From NCBI GenBank assembly GCA_963815215.1, contig CAWFFU010000008.1, forward strand, positions 32,001 through 96,000: 64,000 nucleotides of DNA, in the 5' to 3' direction. The notes under the pieces were generated by a model. That model had not been told where the DNA came from. It did no database searches and was given only the letters and a program-made list of their open reading frames with translations. A program made the position numbers and the translations under genes. Source of the stretch: an uncultured Trueperaceae bacterium. Its GTDB lineage: Bacteria; Deinococcota; Deinococci; Deinococcales; Trueperaceae. The stretch's first letter is position 1; every line of letters starts with the position of its first letter. Positions 10,148-20,085 of the stretch are shown here, piece by piece.

Positions 10148-10999
10148 TCAACCCCCGGGGGACAGCGCGTCACGCAGCGCATCACCCAGCAAGTTCACGC
10201 TGAGGATGGTCAGCAGCAGGGCGACCCCGGGGAGGGTCGGGATCCACCACGCCACAGCGATGAAGACCTGTCCCTCGCTGAGGATGCCGCCCCAGCTCGG
10301 GGTCGGCGGCTGGATCCCCAGCCCCAGGAAGGACAACCCGGCCTCGGCGAGGATGAGCGTGCCGAGCTGAAGGGTGCCGTCGACCAGCAGCAGGGGTGCC
10401 ACGTTGGGTAGTACGTGGCGCAGCAGTACGCGACGGGTGGACGCTCCCAGGGAGACCGCCGCCTGCACGTAGTCCTCCTCGCGCAGCTCGAGCACGCGCC
10501 CTCGGACGAGCTTGGCGAAGCTGACCCATCCCGTCAGCCCCAGCGTGAGGATCAACACCGGTAGGCTCGGGCCCACCGCAGCCACGATGGCGATCGCGAG
10601 CAGCACGAACGGCAGCGCCATCAGCGTCTCCGTGATACCGGTGATCACGGAATCGACGACACCCCCGAAGTATCCGGCCAGCAGCCCGAAGGCCACGCCG
10701 ATGACCAGGGCGATGACGAGCGACGCCAGCCCGATGGTCAAGGATACGCGGGCGCCCATGAGCAGGCGACTGAGGAGGTCGCGACCCAGCTGGTCGGTAC
10801 CGAGCAGATGGACGACCCCGCTGGGGCTCCGGAAGCCGGGCGGCTTCAGGGTCGCGAACAGGTCCTGCTTGGTGGGCCCGATGGGGTCGAATGGGGCGTA
10901 GATCGCCGCCGCCGCGACCAGGATCAGCACGAGGACCGACGCCAACACCCGGGGCCGCCGGAGCGCCCGCCATAAGCGGCGCCGGAGCGACCCGCTCAA
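10148..10999 (-). CDS. peptide/nickel ABC permease (OppC/DppC-like)
   Basis: HLLGTDQLGRDLLSRL, EAA loop, QPPTPSWG. Confidence 0.92.
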   Translation of the reverse strand: MSGSLRRRLWRALRRPRVLASVLVLILVAAAAIYAPFDPIGPTKQDLFATLKPPGFRSPSGVVHLLGTDQLGRDLLSRLLMGARVSLTIGLASLVIALVIGVAFGLLAGYFGGVVDSVITGITETLMALPFVLLAIAIVAAVGPSLPVLILTLGLTGWVSFAKLVRGRVLELREEDYVQAAVSLGASTRRVLLRHVLPNVAPLLLVDGTLQLGTLILAEAGLSFLGLGIQPPTPSWGGILSEGQVFIAVAWWIPTLPGVALLLTILSVNLLGDALRDALSPGG

Positions 11000-11913
11000 C
11001 GGATTCGCACCCTCGGGTTGAGCAAGGTGTAGGACACGTCGACCAGCGTGTTGGCCAGGATGAGCAGGATCGCCACTACGAACACACCCGCCTCCACGAC
11101 GGGGTAGTCGCGGGCGTACACCGCCTGCACCAACAGCCGGCCCAGGCCCGGCCAAGCGAACACCGTCTCGGTGATGACCGAGCCACCGAGAACGAACCGG
11201 AGCTGGAGTCCGATGACCGTGACGATCGGGATCGCCGCGTTGCGCAAGGCGTGCCGCCAGACCACGAGCCGCTGTGCGACCCCCTTGGCGCGCGCGCTGC
11301 GCACGTAGGCCTTGCCGAGCACCTCGAGCACGCTCGTGCGTGTGACCCGCACGATGCCGCCGAGGAGGAAGAGCGCCAGCGTCAACGACGGCAGCACGTA
11401 GTGTTGCCAGCCGCCGATCCCGGCCGCAGGCAGCCACCGCAAGCGCACGGCGAAGAGCAGGATCCCCATGATGGCAAGCCAGAACACCGGGGTCGACTGG
11501 CCGGTCACGGCGATGGCCGTGACCAGCGAATCCCACACGCTGTCGCGCCGGGTGGCCGCGGTCACGCCGAGGGGAAGCCCGATCAGGACCGCCAGCGCCA
11601 CCGCCAGTCCCGCCAGCGCCAGGGTGGCCGGAAGTCTCTCCAGCACCAGGCTGAGCGCGGGCTGACCGAGCTGGATCGAGGTCCCGAAGTCGAAGCGGGC
11701 CACAGATCCCAGGAACCGTACGTACCTCACGGGCAGCGGCGCGTCCAGCCCCATGGCGTGGCGGTACGCGATGACCTCGCTCTGCGGGGCATCCGGGGGG
11801 AGGAGGAGCCGGATCGGATCGCCCGACAGATTGATCAATACGAACACCAGGAGCGTCAGGCCGAGAAGCGTGACGAAGCTGAGAACGAGGCGGCGTCCGA
11901 GGTAGGTCAACAT
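10996..11913 (-). CDS. peptide/nickel ABC permease (OppB/DppB-like)
   Basis: YVRSARAKG, ITETVFAWPGLG, DYPVV, NPRVR. Confidence 0.92.
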   Translation of the reverse strand: MLTYLGRRLVLSFVTLLGLTLLVFVLINLSGDPIRLLLPPDAPQSEVIAYRHAMGLDAPLPVRYVRFLGSVARFDFGTSIQLGQPALSLVLERLPATLALAGLAVALAVLIGLPLGVTAATRRDSVWDSLVTAIAVTGQSTPVFWLAIMGILLFAVRLRWLPAAGIGGWQHYVLPSLTLALFLLGGIVRVTRTSVLEVLGKAYVRSARAKGVAQRLVVWRHALRNAAIPIVTVIGLQLRFVLGGSVITETVFAWPGLGRLLVQAVYARDYPVVEAGVFVVAILLILANTLVDVSYTLLNPRVRIR

Positions 11914-12027
11914 CGAAGGGTCCGGGCCGTCCGGCGGAAGACGGGAGGCGGTAGTCAGTATAAGGTTACAGGTACGCGGGGTAAGATCCCGACGGGCCCG
12001 AGTCGCCCGCGCTTCTGGAGGGAACCC

Positions 12028-13527
12028 ATGACCAGCCTGTTTCGACGCCTTGCCCTGCTGGCCGCCATCGTCGTCGGCGGCTTCGCCCTCGCCCAACAAC
12101 CCGTGGTGGTGATGCAGAGCGCCGACGCCAAGACGCTCGATCCCACCATGAATCGTGAGACGTCGACGTTCAACGTGCTCCTCAACATCTTCGACGGGCT
12201 ACTGTTCAAGAACCCCGACGGCACCTACGCTCCCGGACTGGCCACGTCCTGGAAGGCGTTGACCCCGACCACCTGGCGGTTAGAGCTGCGCCACGGTGTC
12301 ACCTTCCAGAACGGCGAGCCGTTCGACGCCAACGCGGTGAAGTTCACCATCGACCGCATCCTTGACCCCAACGTCAAGTCACCGATCGCTCGCGGCTTCA
12401 GCTTCATCGCGTCGGTCGACGTGGTCGATCCTTATACCGTCGTGATCCACACCAAGACGCCGCAGCCCCTGGCCGAAGAGTACTTCGCCGAGCTCCTGAT
12501 CGTGCCGCCGACGTACTTCCAGAAGGTCGGTGCTCAAGCCTTCGCCACGGCCCCGATCGGGACGGGACCCTACGAACTGGTGAGCTGGAAACGCGACGAC
12601 GCTCTGACGCTGAAGGCCAATCCCACCTACTGGCGCGGCCCGGCCGCCATCAAGAACGTCGTGTTCAAGCCGGTGCCGGAAGCTCTGACGCGCTTCTCGA
12701 GCCTGTCGGCCGGCCAGGCCGACCTCGTCACCCAGGTCCCGCCCAGTCTCGTGTCGAGCATCCGCTCCGCACCCGGCGTGCACCTCGAGACGGTCGACGG
12801 CGCGCGTGTGATCTACATCGGAATCAACGAGACCAAGGGCAACCCGGCGCTCAAGGACGCGCGGGTGCGCCGCGCGCTGAACCTTGCCGTGAACCGCAAG
12901 GGGATCGTCGAGGGCATCTTCGGGGGCCTGGCCACACCGACCACGGCGATGCTGACGTCGATCGACTTCGGGTACAACCCCGACCTGAAGCCCTACCCCT
13001 ATGACCCTGCCAGAGCCAAGCAGCTGCTGGCGGACGCGGGCTACGCTACCGGGCTGAAGCTGACGCTGGGCACCCCCAACGGACGCTACGTCAACGACGT
13101 CCAGGTCGCTCAGGCCGTGGCCTCCCAGCTCGAGGCCGTCGGCATCACCGTGGACCTCCAGGTGCGCGAGTACGGCGCCTACGTGGGCGCCCTGTTCAGC
13201 GGCAAGGCGCCCGACCTCTACCTGATCGGCTGGGGCAACGCGCCCTTCGACGCCGACTACATCTACTACAACGTGCTCCGCAGCAAGCAGTTGCTCTCCT
13301 ACTTCAGCGATCCGGTCCTGGACGCAAGCCTCGACACGGCCCACGACACCGTGGATCGGGCGGTCCGCAAGGCGGCCTACCTGAAGGCCACCCAGCGCAT
13401 CTACGACCAGGCCCCCGTGATCGACCTCTACAAGCAGCAGGACGCGTATGGCGTCAGCGATCGTTTGCAGTGGAAGGCCCGCGCCGACGAGTTCATCTGG
13501 ATGTACAGCGCGTCGCTGAAGCCGTGA
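12028..13527 (+). CDS. ABC substrate-binding protein family 5 (OppA/DppA-like)
   Basis: signal peptide, LRHGVTFQNGEPF, PIGTGPY, VRRALNLAVNR. Confidence 0.93.
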   Translation: MTSLFRRLALLAAIVVGGFALAQQPVVVMQSADAKTLDPTMNRETSTFNVLLNIFDGLLFKNPDGTYAPGLATSWKALTPTTWRLELRHGVTFQNGEPFDANAVKFTIDRILDPNVKSPIARGFSFIASVDVVDPYTVVIHTKTPQPLAEEYFAELLIVPPTYFQKVGAQAFATAPIGTGPYELVSWKRDDALTLKANPTYWRGPAAIKNVVFKPVPEALTRFSSLSAGQADLVTQVPPSLVSSIRSAPGVHLETVDGARVIYIGINETKGNPALKDARVRRALNLAVNRKGIVEGIFGGLATPTTAMLTSIDFGYNPDLKPYPYDPARAKQLLADAGYATGLKLTLGTPNGRYVNDVQVAQAVASQLEAVGITVDLQVREYGAYVGALFSGKAPDLYLIGWGNAPFDADYIYYNVLRSKQLLSYFSDPVLDASLDTAHDTVDRAVRKAAYLKATQRIYDQAPVIDLYKQQDAYGVSDRLQWKARADEFIWMYSASLKP

Positions 13528-13606
13528 CGTCGCACGCCGCGAGCGGGGGGTGGGCGCCGGCCCGCCCCCCGACCCTCACCCTCCCCGGAGGTGGCGCGTG
13601 AGGTCG

Positions 13607-14941
13607 ATGCCCGAAGACCTACAGGGCTTCGCACGTGAGACCCTTGCCCGCCTGGTGGCCATCCCCTCCATCGCCGCCCAGGGCAAGGGCATCCGGGAGG
13701 CCGCCGAGCTCGTCCGCGAGCTGCTGGACGAGCAAGGGTTCGCGACGGAGCTGCACCCCACCGAGGGCTCGCCGGTGGTGTTCGGGCAGCGCGCCGCCGC
13801 TGCCGGCCCGACCGTGCTGTTCTACAACCACTACGATGTCCAGCCGCCCGAACCGCTGGACGCGTGGGACAGCGACCCGTTCGTCCTGAGCGAACGCGAC
13901 GGCGCGCTGTACGGCCGCGGCGCCGCCGACGACAAGGGCGAGCTGGTGTCGCGGTTGTGCGCGCTGCGGTGGTTCGAGCTCGAGCACGGCGACCTTCCGT
14001 TCACAGCGAAGTTCGTGGTCGAGGGCGAGGAGGAGATCGGCTCGTTGCACCTGGCGGACTACGTCGAGCGCGAGCGGAGCCGGTTGAGCGCCGACGGCTG
14101 CGTGTGGGAGTTCGGCGGCGTCGATGCAGACGAACGACCCTCCACGTACCTGGGCCTGAAGGGGATCCTCACGCTGGAGCTAACGGTCCGCACGGCCGAT
14201 CGCGACCTCCACTCGAGCTTCGGGGCGGTCGTCGAGAACGCCGCACAGCGGATCACAGCGGCCCTCGCCAGCCTCTTCGATGCCAACGGACGCGTGGCCG
14301 TGGACGGCTTCTACGACGCCGTCGTCGATCCCGGCGACGAGCTGCGGGGCCTCGTCGACCGGCTTCCCGACGAGGAGGCGCGGCTGGGAGCGCTGTTCGG
14401 TATCGAGCGCTTCGCGGGCGGCGTGACCGGCACGGACTTCCGCCGGCAGCTCTACCTCGCGCCGGCGCTCAACATCAACGGTGTCCACAGCGGTTACGGC
14501 GGCGCCGGCGCCAAGACGATCGTGCCATGCGAGGCCGTGGCGAAGCTCGACGCGCGTCTGGTACCCGACCAGGACCCGCTCGAGGTGCTCCGCCAGATCG
14601 AGCGTCACCTCGCCGCGCGCGGCTTCGCAGATGTCGAGGTCCGGGTGCTGGAGCACCTCGAGCGACCGGCGCGCGGGGTCCGTGACCATCCCTTCGTCGA
14701 TGCCGCTGTGCAGGCGCTGCGCGAGGTGTATGGCCGGGAGCCGGCGGTACAACCGAACACCCCGAGCTCCGGCCCCATGCACCCCTTCATCGAGCACCTC
14801 GGCATCCCGGTCGTCGGGATGGGATGCGGCTACCCCGGTAGCCGCATCCACGCGCCGAACGAACACCTGCGCTGGGTCGACTTCCAGCGCGGCACCGAGG
14901 CGACCTTGCGGATGCTCGAGCTCTTCGTGCTGGGCCGCTGA
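13607..14941 (+). CDS. M20 family dipeptidase/metallo-hydrolase
   Basis: YNHYDVQP, GRGAADDKG, EGEEEIGS, HAPNE. Confidence 0.92.
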   Translation: MPEDLQGFARETLARLVAIPSIAAQGKGIREAAELVRELLDEQGFATELHPTEGSPVVFGQRAAAAGPTVLFYNHYDVQPPEPLDAWDSDPFVLSERDGALYGRGAADDKGELVSRLCALRWFELEHGDLPFTAKFVVEGEEEIGSLHLADYVERERSRLSADGCVWEFGGVDADERPSTYLGLKGILTLELTVRTADRDLHSSFGAVVENAAQRITAALASLFDANGRVAVDGFYDAVVDPGDELRGLVDRLPDEEARLGALFGIERFAGGVTGTDFRRQLYLAPALNINGVHSGYGGAGAKTIVPCEAVAKLDARLVPDQDPLEVLRQIERHLAARGFADVEVRVLEHLERPARGVRDHPFVDAAVQALREVYGREPAVQPNTPSSGPMHPFIEHLGIPVVGMGCGYPGSRIHAPNEHLRWVDFQRGTEATLRMLELFVLGR

Positions 14942-14969
14942 CCACGCACGGAAGCCGTCGACTCTCCCA

Positions 14970-16082
14970 TCATGGGCCCTGCGTAGCACCCCCCGGCACA
15001 AGACCCTCGGTGACGAGGACCAGCACTCGGCTCTCGGGGCCGAGCTCGAGCTCGGCGGCCTTCGCGCGGTCGGCGAGCGCCGCCACGGCACCGGCCAGGC
15101 CCGCCGTTCCCGAGGGCGTGCTGCGCGGTCCGCCCATCTCGGCGAGCAAGCGGGGCGCCGCCAGCAGCGCTTCCTCACCGACGCTCAGTGCACCTACGCG
15201 GTGGCCGAGGAGGATCTCCAGCGCTGCGGCGCCGGCCCGGCCGCAGGCCAGCATCTCCGCCACGGTCACCAGGTCGCCGGGGAGCTGCACGGGCCGTCCG
15301 GCCTCGAGTGCGGCACCGACGCAACGCGCCGCGTCAGGTTCGACCACGACGATCGCGGCAGGCGGCGCCAGCCACGGTCCGAGCTCCGTGACCATGGCAG
15401 CGGCCAGCCCCCCGACGCCCGCCTGAACGAACAGATGGGTGGGCCTGCGGTGGCCCGAGGCGTCGCTCTGGCGCCGGATCTCGGCCGCCATCACCGCGTA
15501 GCCCGCGATCACGTCACGGACCACGGGATCGGCCGGGTCGTCGCTGGTGTCGGCGACCAGGATGCCGTCCCCGCGCTGTGCCGCGTCGGCCGCGGCGGCA
15601 ACCGCGTCGTCGTAGGTCCCCGTTACCCGGACGATCTCGGCCCCCAGCGCGGCGATGCGCGTCGCGCGGTCCGCCGGCACGCCGTCGTGGAGGAAGACAC
15701 GCGCGTTCGTGCCCGCCTGCCTTGCGGCCGCGGCGACGGCCAGGCCGTGGTTGCCGTCGCTGGCGCAGATCAGCACAGGCAGACCGGAACGAGGGCGCGC
15801 CACGATCGCGTCGACCTCCTCGCCCACCGCGCGGGCCAGGGCGCGCAAGCCGGCGTAGGTGCCGCCGAGCGACTTGAAGCTGCCGAGCATCCGGCGCCCC
15901 TCGTCCTTGGCCAGCACCTGCGCGACACCGAGTGCTGCCGCCAGCCGCGGCAGGTCGTGCAGCGGGGTCGGCACACGGTCCGGACCGTCGACGCCGCCGA
16001 TTCGCACGCCGCCGTTTCCCACGCCGTCATTCCCCACGCCGTCATTCCCCACGCCGTTCTTCCCCACGCCGTCGTTCGCCAC
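14970..16082 (-). CDS. PLP-dependent diaminopropionate ammonia-lyase-like enzyme
   Basis: KDEGRRMLGSFK, ASDGNHG, VQAGVGGLA; start uncertain because N-terminus lies in a tandem repeat. Confidence 0.8.
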   Translation of the reverse strand: MANDGVGKNGVGNDGVGNDGVGNGGVRIGGVDGPDRVPTPLHDLPRLAAALGVAQVLAKDEGRRMLGSFKSLGGTYAGLRALARAVGEEVDAIVARPRSGLPVLICASDGNHGLAVAAAARQAGTNARVFLHDGVPADRATRIAALGAEIVRVTGTYDDAVAAAADAAQRGDGILVADTSDDPADPVVRDVIAGYAVMAAEIRRQSDASGHRRPTHLFVQAGVGGLAAAMVTELGPWLAPPAAIVVVEPDAARCVGAALEAGRPVQLPGDLVTVAEMLACGRAGAAALEILLGHRVGALSVGEEALLAAPRLLAEMGGPRSTPSGTAGLAGAVAALADRAKAAELELGPESRVLVLVTEGLVPGGATQGP

Positions 16083-16086
16083 GCCG
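15991..16086. repeat. 15-bp tandem repeat, about 6.4 copies (ACGCCGTCATTCCCC-like)
   Basis: directly visible; encodes GVGND-like pentapeptides on the minus strand. Confidence 0.9.
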
Positions 16087-16102
16087 GCCTTCCGCGCCCC
16101 GC

Positions 16103-17326
16103 TCAGATGCCGAGCACGTCGCCGACCGTCCGGACCGGCATCCCGATGGCATGGATGTGGTCGACGATGGCGCGGAAGTCGCTCACCGAGTAGTCGGTTG
16201 CCGCCGTGTCGCTCGGCACCACGTGGTGGAACGTCAGGATGCACCACTGCTTGCCGGCCCTGGCGCGGTCGATGCGGGCGATGAGGTCGCCGGGGGGGCG
16301 GGCGTCGATCATGCTCCACGCCCGCAGCTTGAGCGGGTTCGGGGGCGTGACGACCTCGGTGCTGGACTGGATGATGGTGCGGGCGGCGCGCCAGTAGCGG
16401 CGCACCGTCTGCAGCACGGAATCGTCGTAGGCGCCTCCCGGGTAGGCGCAGTGGTTGACGCCGCGGAAGCCCTCACTGCGCAGCCACCGTTGCAGCTGCT
16501 CGATGTCCTCCGTCAGGGCCTCGGGGCTGACCCCGGTCCAGCGCGCGTTGTGCACGGCCAGGCGGTCGCTGTGGCCTGCCACCTCCCAGCCCGAGAAGTC
16601 CTCCAGCCTGTGCAGCTGCTCGAGCGTGAACCTCCGCGGGCTGCCGATGAGGTCACGGATCACGTAGGCGGTCGCCGGGTAGCCGTAGGCATCGAGGATC
16701 GGTCGTGCGTGGTCGTACGGGTCGCTCCAGCCGTCGTCGAACGACAGGCTGACGACCCCGTGAGGCCAGGCGTCGGGCTCCGCGTAGGAGGCCACGCCGT
16801 TGATGTGAAGGGTGGTGTCGCCCCCCTTGGGAGCGTCGACACGGATGCGCAGGGCCTCGATGGCGTTGCGCCGGGGGGAGCCCACGGCGGTGGCGTCGCC
16901 GAAGCCCAGGTCCATCACCACCCAGCCCTCGCCCGCCTTCAGGTACTGACCCGCGGGCGACGCACTCGTCTCGATCGGCCACTTGAGATAGTCGGTGAAA
17001 CCGGCGTCGCCGGCGTAGAGCGTGATGTCCCCGAGCCCGCTGAGATCACCCTCGACACGGAGCCACAGCCGCACGATCCGCGCGCTGAGATCGAGCTTCA
17101 GACCGGTGCGTTCGATCCAGGCCGGGAGCCCCCCGCTCGGCTGCGTGAACCATGCGCTCTGCGAACCGAGCACGTAGTCGGAGGCGTCGTCGAGGTTGCT
17201 CTCCGAGGCGTTCGTCACGGTCCAGCCGTGACCGCGCTGGAAGCGCGTGACCACCTCGAGATCGTGCGCGCGGGGCGCGTGCGGAACGCTGGAGGTGCGT
17301 TCCGTGACGCTGGCGAACTGCCGCAT
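16103..17326 (-). CDS. polysaccharide deacetylase (CE4/NodB-like) with N-terminal carbohydrate-binding-like domain
   Basis: VSLSFDDG, WEVAGHS, AYPGG and ILTFH motifs in C-terminal half. Confidence 0.85.
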   Translation of the reverse strand: MRQFASVTERTSSVPHAPRAHDLEVVTRFQRGHGWTVTNASESNLDDASDYVLGSQSAWFTQPSGGLPAWIERTGLKLDLSARIVRLWLRVEGDLSGLGDITLYAGDAGFTDYLKWPIETSASPAGQYLKAGEGWVVMDLGFGDATAVGSPRRNAIEALRIRVDAPKGGDTTLHINGVASYAEPDAWPHGVVSLSFDDGWSDPYDHARPILDAYGYPATAYVIRDLIGSPRRFTLEQLHRLEDFSGWEVAGHSDRLAVHNARWTGVSPEALTEDIEQLQRWLRSEGFRGVNHCAYPGGAYDDSVLQTVRRYWRAARTIIQSSTEVVTPPNPLKLRAWSMIDARPPGDLIARIDRARAGKQWCILTFHHVVPSDTAATDYSVSDFRAIVDHIHAIGMPVRTVGDVLGI

Positions 17327-17817
17327 CACTCGCTCCAGGTCTGCACGACCGCGCTGGCGCCGTTGGCGATGACGCTCAGGCTGTCGACGTCGTAGCGCTC
17401 GGCGAAGCCCGCGCCGATGAGCTCGCCGGTCGTCGCGGTGGCGTCGGAGCCGTCGGTCCGGACGCGGACCTGGCCCCGTTCGACCTGGAGCCAGATCCCC
17501 GCCCTGGAAGGTGCACGCTGGATCGTCTTCGGCGCCCGTGGCTCGAGCGCGTGCTGAGCGTAGCCCGCCGCCGCGCCGCGGCCGGCGAGCCGAACGTTGC
17601 CGGGATCGTCCGGGCTGAACGCGGGCATGGGCCGTCCGTCCGGCCCGTACAGCACCACCGGCTGATGCCCGCCGTCCCCGGCCGGCGTTCCACCGGCGGA
17701 ACCCACCGCCGCTCCCGCTGCCTGGGCGGTCCCCGCTCCGAGCACCGCACCCAGCACACCGACGCCGAGCGCCTTCACCAGCTTGCGTCGGCCCGCTCCC
17801 CAATCGCTGTCATCCAT
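17326..17817 (-). CDS. Tat-exported hypothetical protein
   Basis: GRRKLVKALG twin-arginine-like signal ending AQA; TAGGAT -10 sits 7 nt before ATG 17817; TGATG coupling to deacetylase. Confidence 0.7.
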   Translation of the reverse strand: MDDSDWGAGRRKLVKALGVGVLGAVLGAGTAQAAGAAVGSAGGTPAGDGGHQPVVLYGPDGRPMPAFSPDDPGNVRLAGRGAAAGYAQHALEPRAPKTIQRAPSRAGIWLQVERGQVRVRTDGSDATATTGELIGAGFAERYDVDSLSVIANGASAVVQTWSE

Positions 17818-17910
17818 GCGGGCCATCCTAGCGTGCCGTCGCCGCGCCGCCCCGTACTTCCCACGTCCGGCTCCGCCGCCGCCGAGCGGCGTCGCTCGGG
17901 AGTGCGGCGC

Positions 17911-19107
17911 TCAGCCGGCAGTCACCGCCTCGATCGCCGTCAGGAACGCCTCGACGCCCACCTCGAGCGCGCCTTCGTTGATGGCGAAGCGCGGGTGATG
18001 GTGCGGGTAGGCGACCTCGACGTCATCGGGCTTGGCGCCCACGAAGAAGAAGGTGCCCGGCTTGGCCGCCAGGTAGGCCGAGAAGTCCTCACCGCCCATG
18101 ATGCGGGGCGGCGTGAACACGCGTTCGGCCCCGAACGCTCCCTCGAAGGCACCACGCAGCGTCTCGGTAACCGCCGGGTCGTTGACCAGGGCGCGATAAC
18201 CCTTCTGGTACGCGAAGGTGTAGTCGGCGCCGTGCGCCTCGGTGAGGCCCTTGACAACGCGCTCCATCAATGCGGGCATGCGCTCGCGCAGCTCGGCGTC
18301 GAAGCTGCGCACCGTGCCTCCGAGCTCGGCGCGCTCGGGGATGACGTTGTCGGCGCTTCCGGCGTGGAAGCGGGTCACCGACACGACCAGCGGCTCGATG
18401 GGGTCGACGACGCGCGACACCAGGTGCTGAAGGTTGCTCACGATCTGCGCCCCGATAGCGACCGGGTCGACGGCGGTGTCGGGCATGGCTGCGTGCCCAC
18501 CCCGACCGATGACCGTGATGTCGAACGTGTCGGGCGCTGCCATGCCGGGCCCCGACCGGAGCAGCAACGCGCCGCTCTGGAATGGCGCCATCAGGTGCAG
18601 CCCCAGCACCGTGTCCACATCGTCGATCACGCCCTCGTCGACGAGCTGCTGCGCGCCGCCCGGGAACAGCTCCTCGGCATGCTGGAACAGGAAGCGCAGC
18701 TCGCCCGCGACCTGTTCGCGGCGCCGGCTGAGGATGCGCGCGACCCCGAGCAGGATGGCGGTGTGACCGTCGTGCCCGCAGGCATGCATCACGCCGGGAC
18801 GCTGTGAGGCGAAGGGAACCCCGCTCGCCTCCTCGATCGGGAGCGCGTCCATGTCCGCGCGCACCGCCACGCGCGGCCCAGGACGGCCGCCGCGCAACGT
18901 CGCGACCACGCTGGTGGGCGTGGGACGCGAGATCTCGAAGCCGCCGAAACCTGCGAGCGTGCGTTCCACGAAGTCCGCGGTCTCGTGCTCCTGGAACGAG
19001 AGCTCGGGGTGGCTGTGCAAGTGACGGCGCCACGCCACCACCTCGCCGGCGACCTCCGCGGCGAGGGCGTGCCAGTCGGTGGCTGCGTCGAGAGCGGGTT
19101 TCGTCAT
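17911..19107 (-). CDS. M20D amidohydrolase
   Basis: RRHLHSHPELSFQE, RADMDALP, MHACGHDGH, FQHAEE, GGEDF. Confidence 0.93.
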   Translation of the reverse strand: MTKPALDAATDWHALAAEVAGEVVAWRRHLHSHPELSFQEHETADFVERTLAGFGGFEISRPTPTSVVATLRGGRPGPRVAVRADMDALPIEEASGVPFASQRPGVMHACGHDGHTAILLGVARILSRRREQVAGELRFLFQHAEELFPGGAQQLVDEGVIDDVDTVLGLHLMAPFQSGALLLRSGPGMAAPDTFDITVIGRGGHAAMPDTAVDPVAIGAQIVSNLQHLVSRVVDPIEPLVVSVTRFHAGSADNVIPERAELGGTVRSFDAELRERMPALMERVVKGLTEAHGADYTFAYQKGYRALVNDPAVTETLRGAFEGAFGAERVFTPPRIMGGEDFSAYLAAKPGTFFFVGAKPDDVEVAYPHHHPRFAINEGALEVGVEAFLTAIEAVTAG

Positions 19108-19237
19108 GACGTCCTCCAGAGGGATCGGGCGGCCACAGCGATCGCTGCCCGCCCAGAGCTTGGACCAAGCTACCACCCGGCCGCAAGCGCAGCGCCCGCC
19201 CCTCGCTCCGCCACACGTTCCTCCGCCGGCCCCCGCG

Positions 19238-20026
19238 CTACAGGCAGCGCACCATGCCGCCGTCGACCAGGATCGAGCTTCCGGTCATGTACGACGCCGC
19301 GTCGCTGACCAGGAACGCGGCCACCCGGCCGAACTCGGCGGTGTCGCCGAGTCGGCCCAGCGGGATGGCGGCCACCGACGCCGCCCGCACCGCCTCCAGC
19401 GACATCCCCTCACGCCGAGCGCGAGCCTCGTCGAGCTGCACGATGCGCGGCGTGAGCACCCGCCCGGGCGACAGCGTGTTCACGCGGATGCCGTCGGCAG
19501 CGAGCTCGATCGACAGGGTCTTCACGAGCGCCTGAACCGCCGGGCGCAGCACGTTGCTGAGCGTCAGGTTGGCGATCGGCGCCTTCACGGATGAGCTTGC
19601 CAGCGCCAACACCGCCCCGCCCTGTGAACGCTTGAGATGCGGCAGCGCCGCGCGCACGCTGCGCACCACGCTCATCAGCGTGAGATCCACGGCAGCGGCC
19701 CACGACGCATCGTCCAACGTCTCGAAGGTGCCGGGAGGCGGCCCACCGGCGTTGGTCACCAGGATGTCCAACCCGCCCAGCGCGCTCCCCGCCTCCCCGA
19801 CCACCCGCTCGACCTGAGCGCCGTCGCTGACGTCCGCCTGCAGGCCCAGCACGGTGGCGCCGGTCGCGTCGGCGACCTCTCGCGCGATCTCCTCGGCGCG
19901 CGCGGCGTCGCGGCCGCACAGGGCCACCTTCGCGCCCTCGGCGGCGAGTACCCGCGCCGTCCCCAGCCCGAGCCCCGAGGTCCCTGCCAGCACCAGCGCC
20001 TTGCGTCCATGCAATCCCAGATCCAT
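19238..20026 (-). CDS. SDR family oxidoreductase
   Basis: GTSGLG, TNAGGPPPG, LSNVLR. Confidence 0.9.
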   Translation of the reverse strand: MDLGLHGRKALVLAGTSGLGLGTARVLAAEGAKVALCGRDAARAEEIAREVADATGATVLGLQADVSDGAQVERVVGEAGSALGGLDILVTNAGGPPPGTFETLDDASWAAAVDLTLMSVVRSVRAALPHLKRSQGGAVLALASSSVKAPIANLTLSNVLRPAVQALVKTLSIELAADGIRVNTLSPGRVLTPRIVQLDEARARREGMSLEAVRAASVAAIPLGRLGDTAEFGRVAAFLVSDAASYMTGSSILVDGGMVRCL

Positions 20027-20085
20027 GTCGTGCCTCCGTCTCGTGTGCGTTGCGTCTCGTGTGCGTTGCGTCTCGGTCGGTCGTG

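Noticed and set aside
10891..12027. Long N-terminal extension of the ABC binding protein
   Set aside because: It is antisense to the permease. The signal peptide and RBS indicate ATG 12028.
19238..20026. Two similar SDRs (also 60400-61161) as a recent duplication
   Set aside because: They share family motifs only and the sequences are clearly diverged paralogs.
20038..20074. 16-bp tandem duplication before the SDR RBS
   Set aside because: Only about two copies; most likely neutral slippage.
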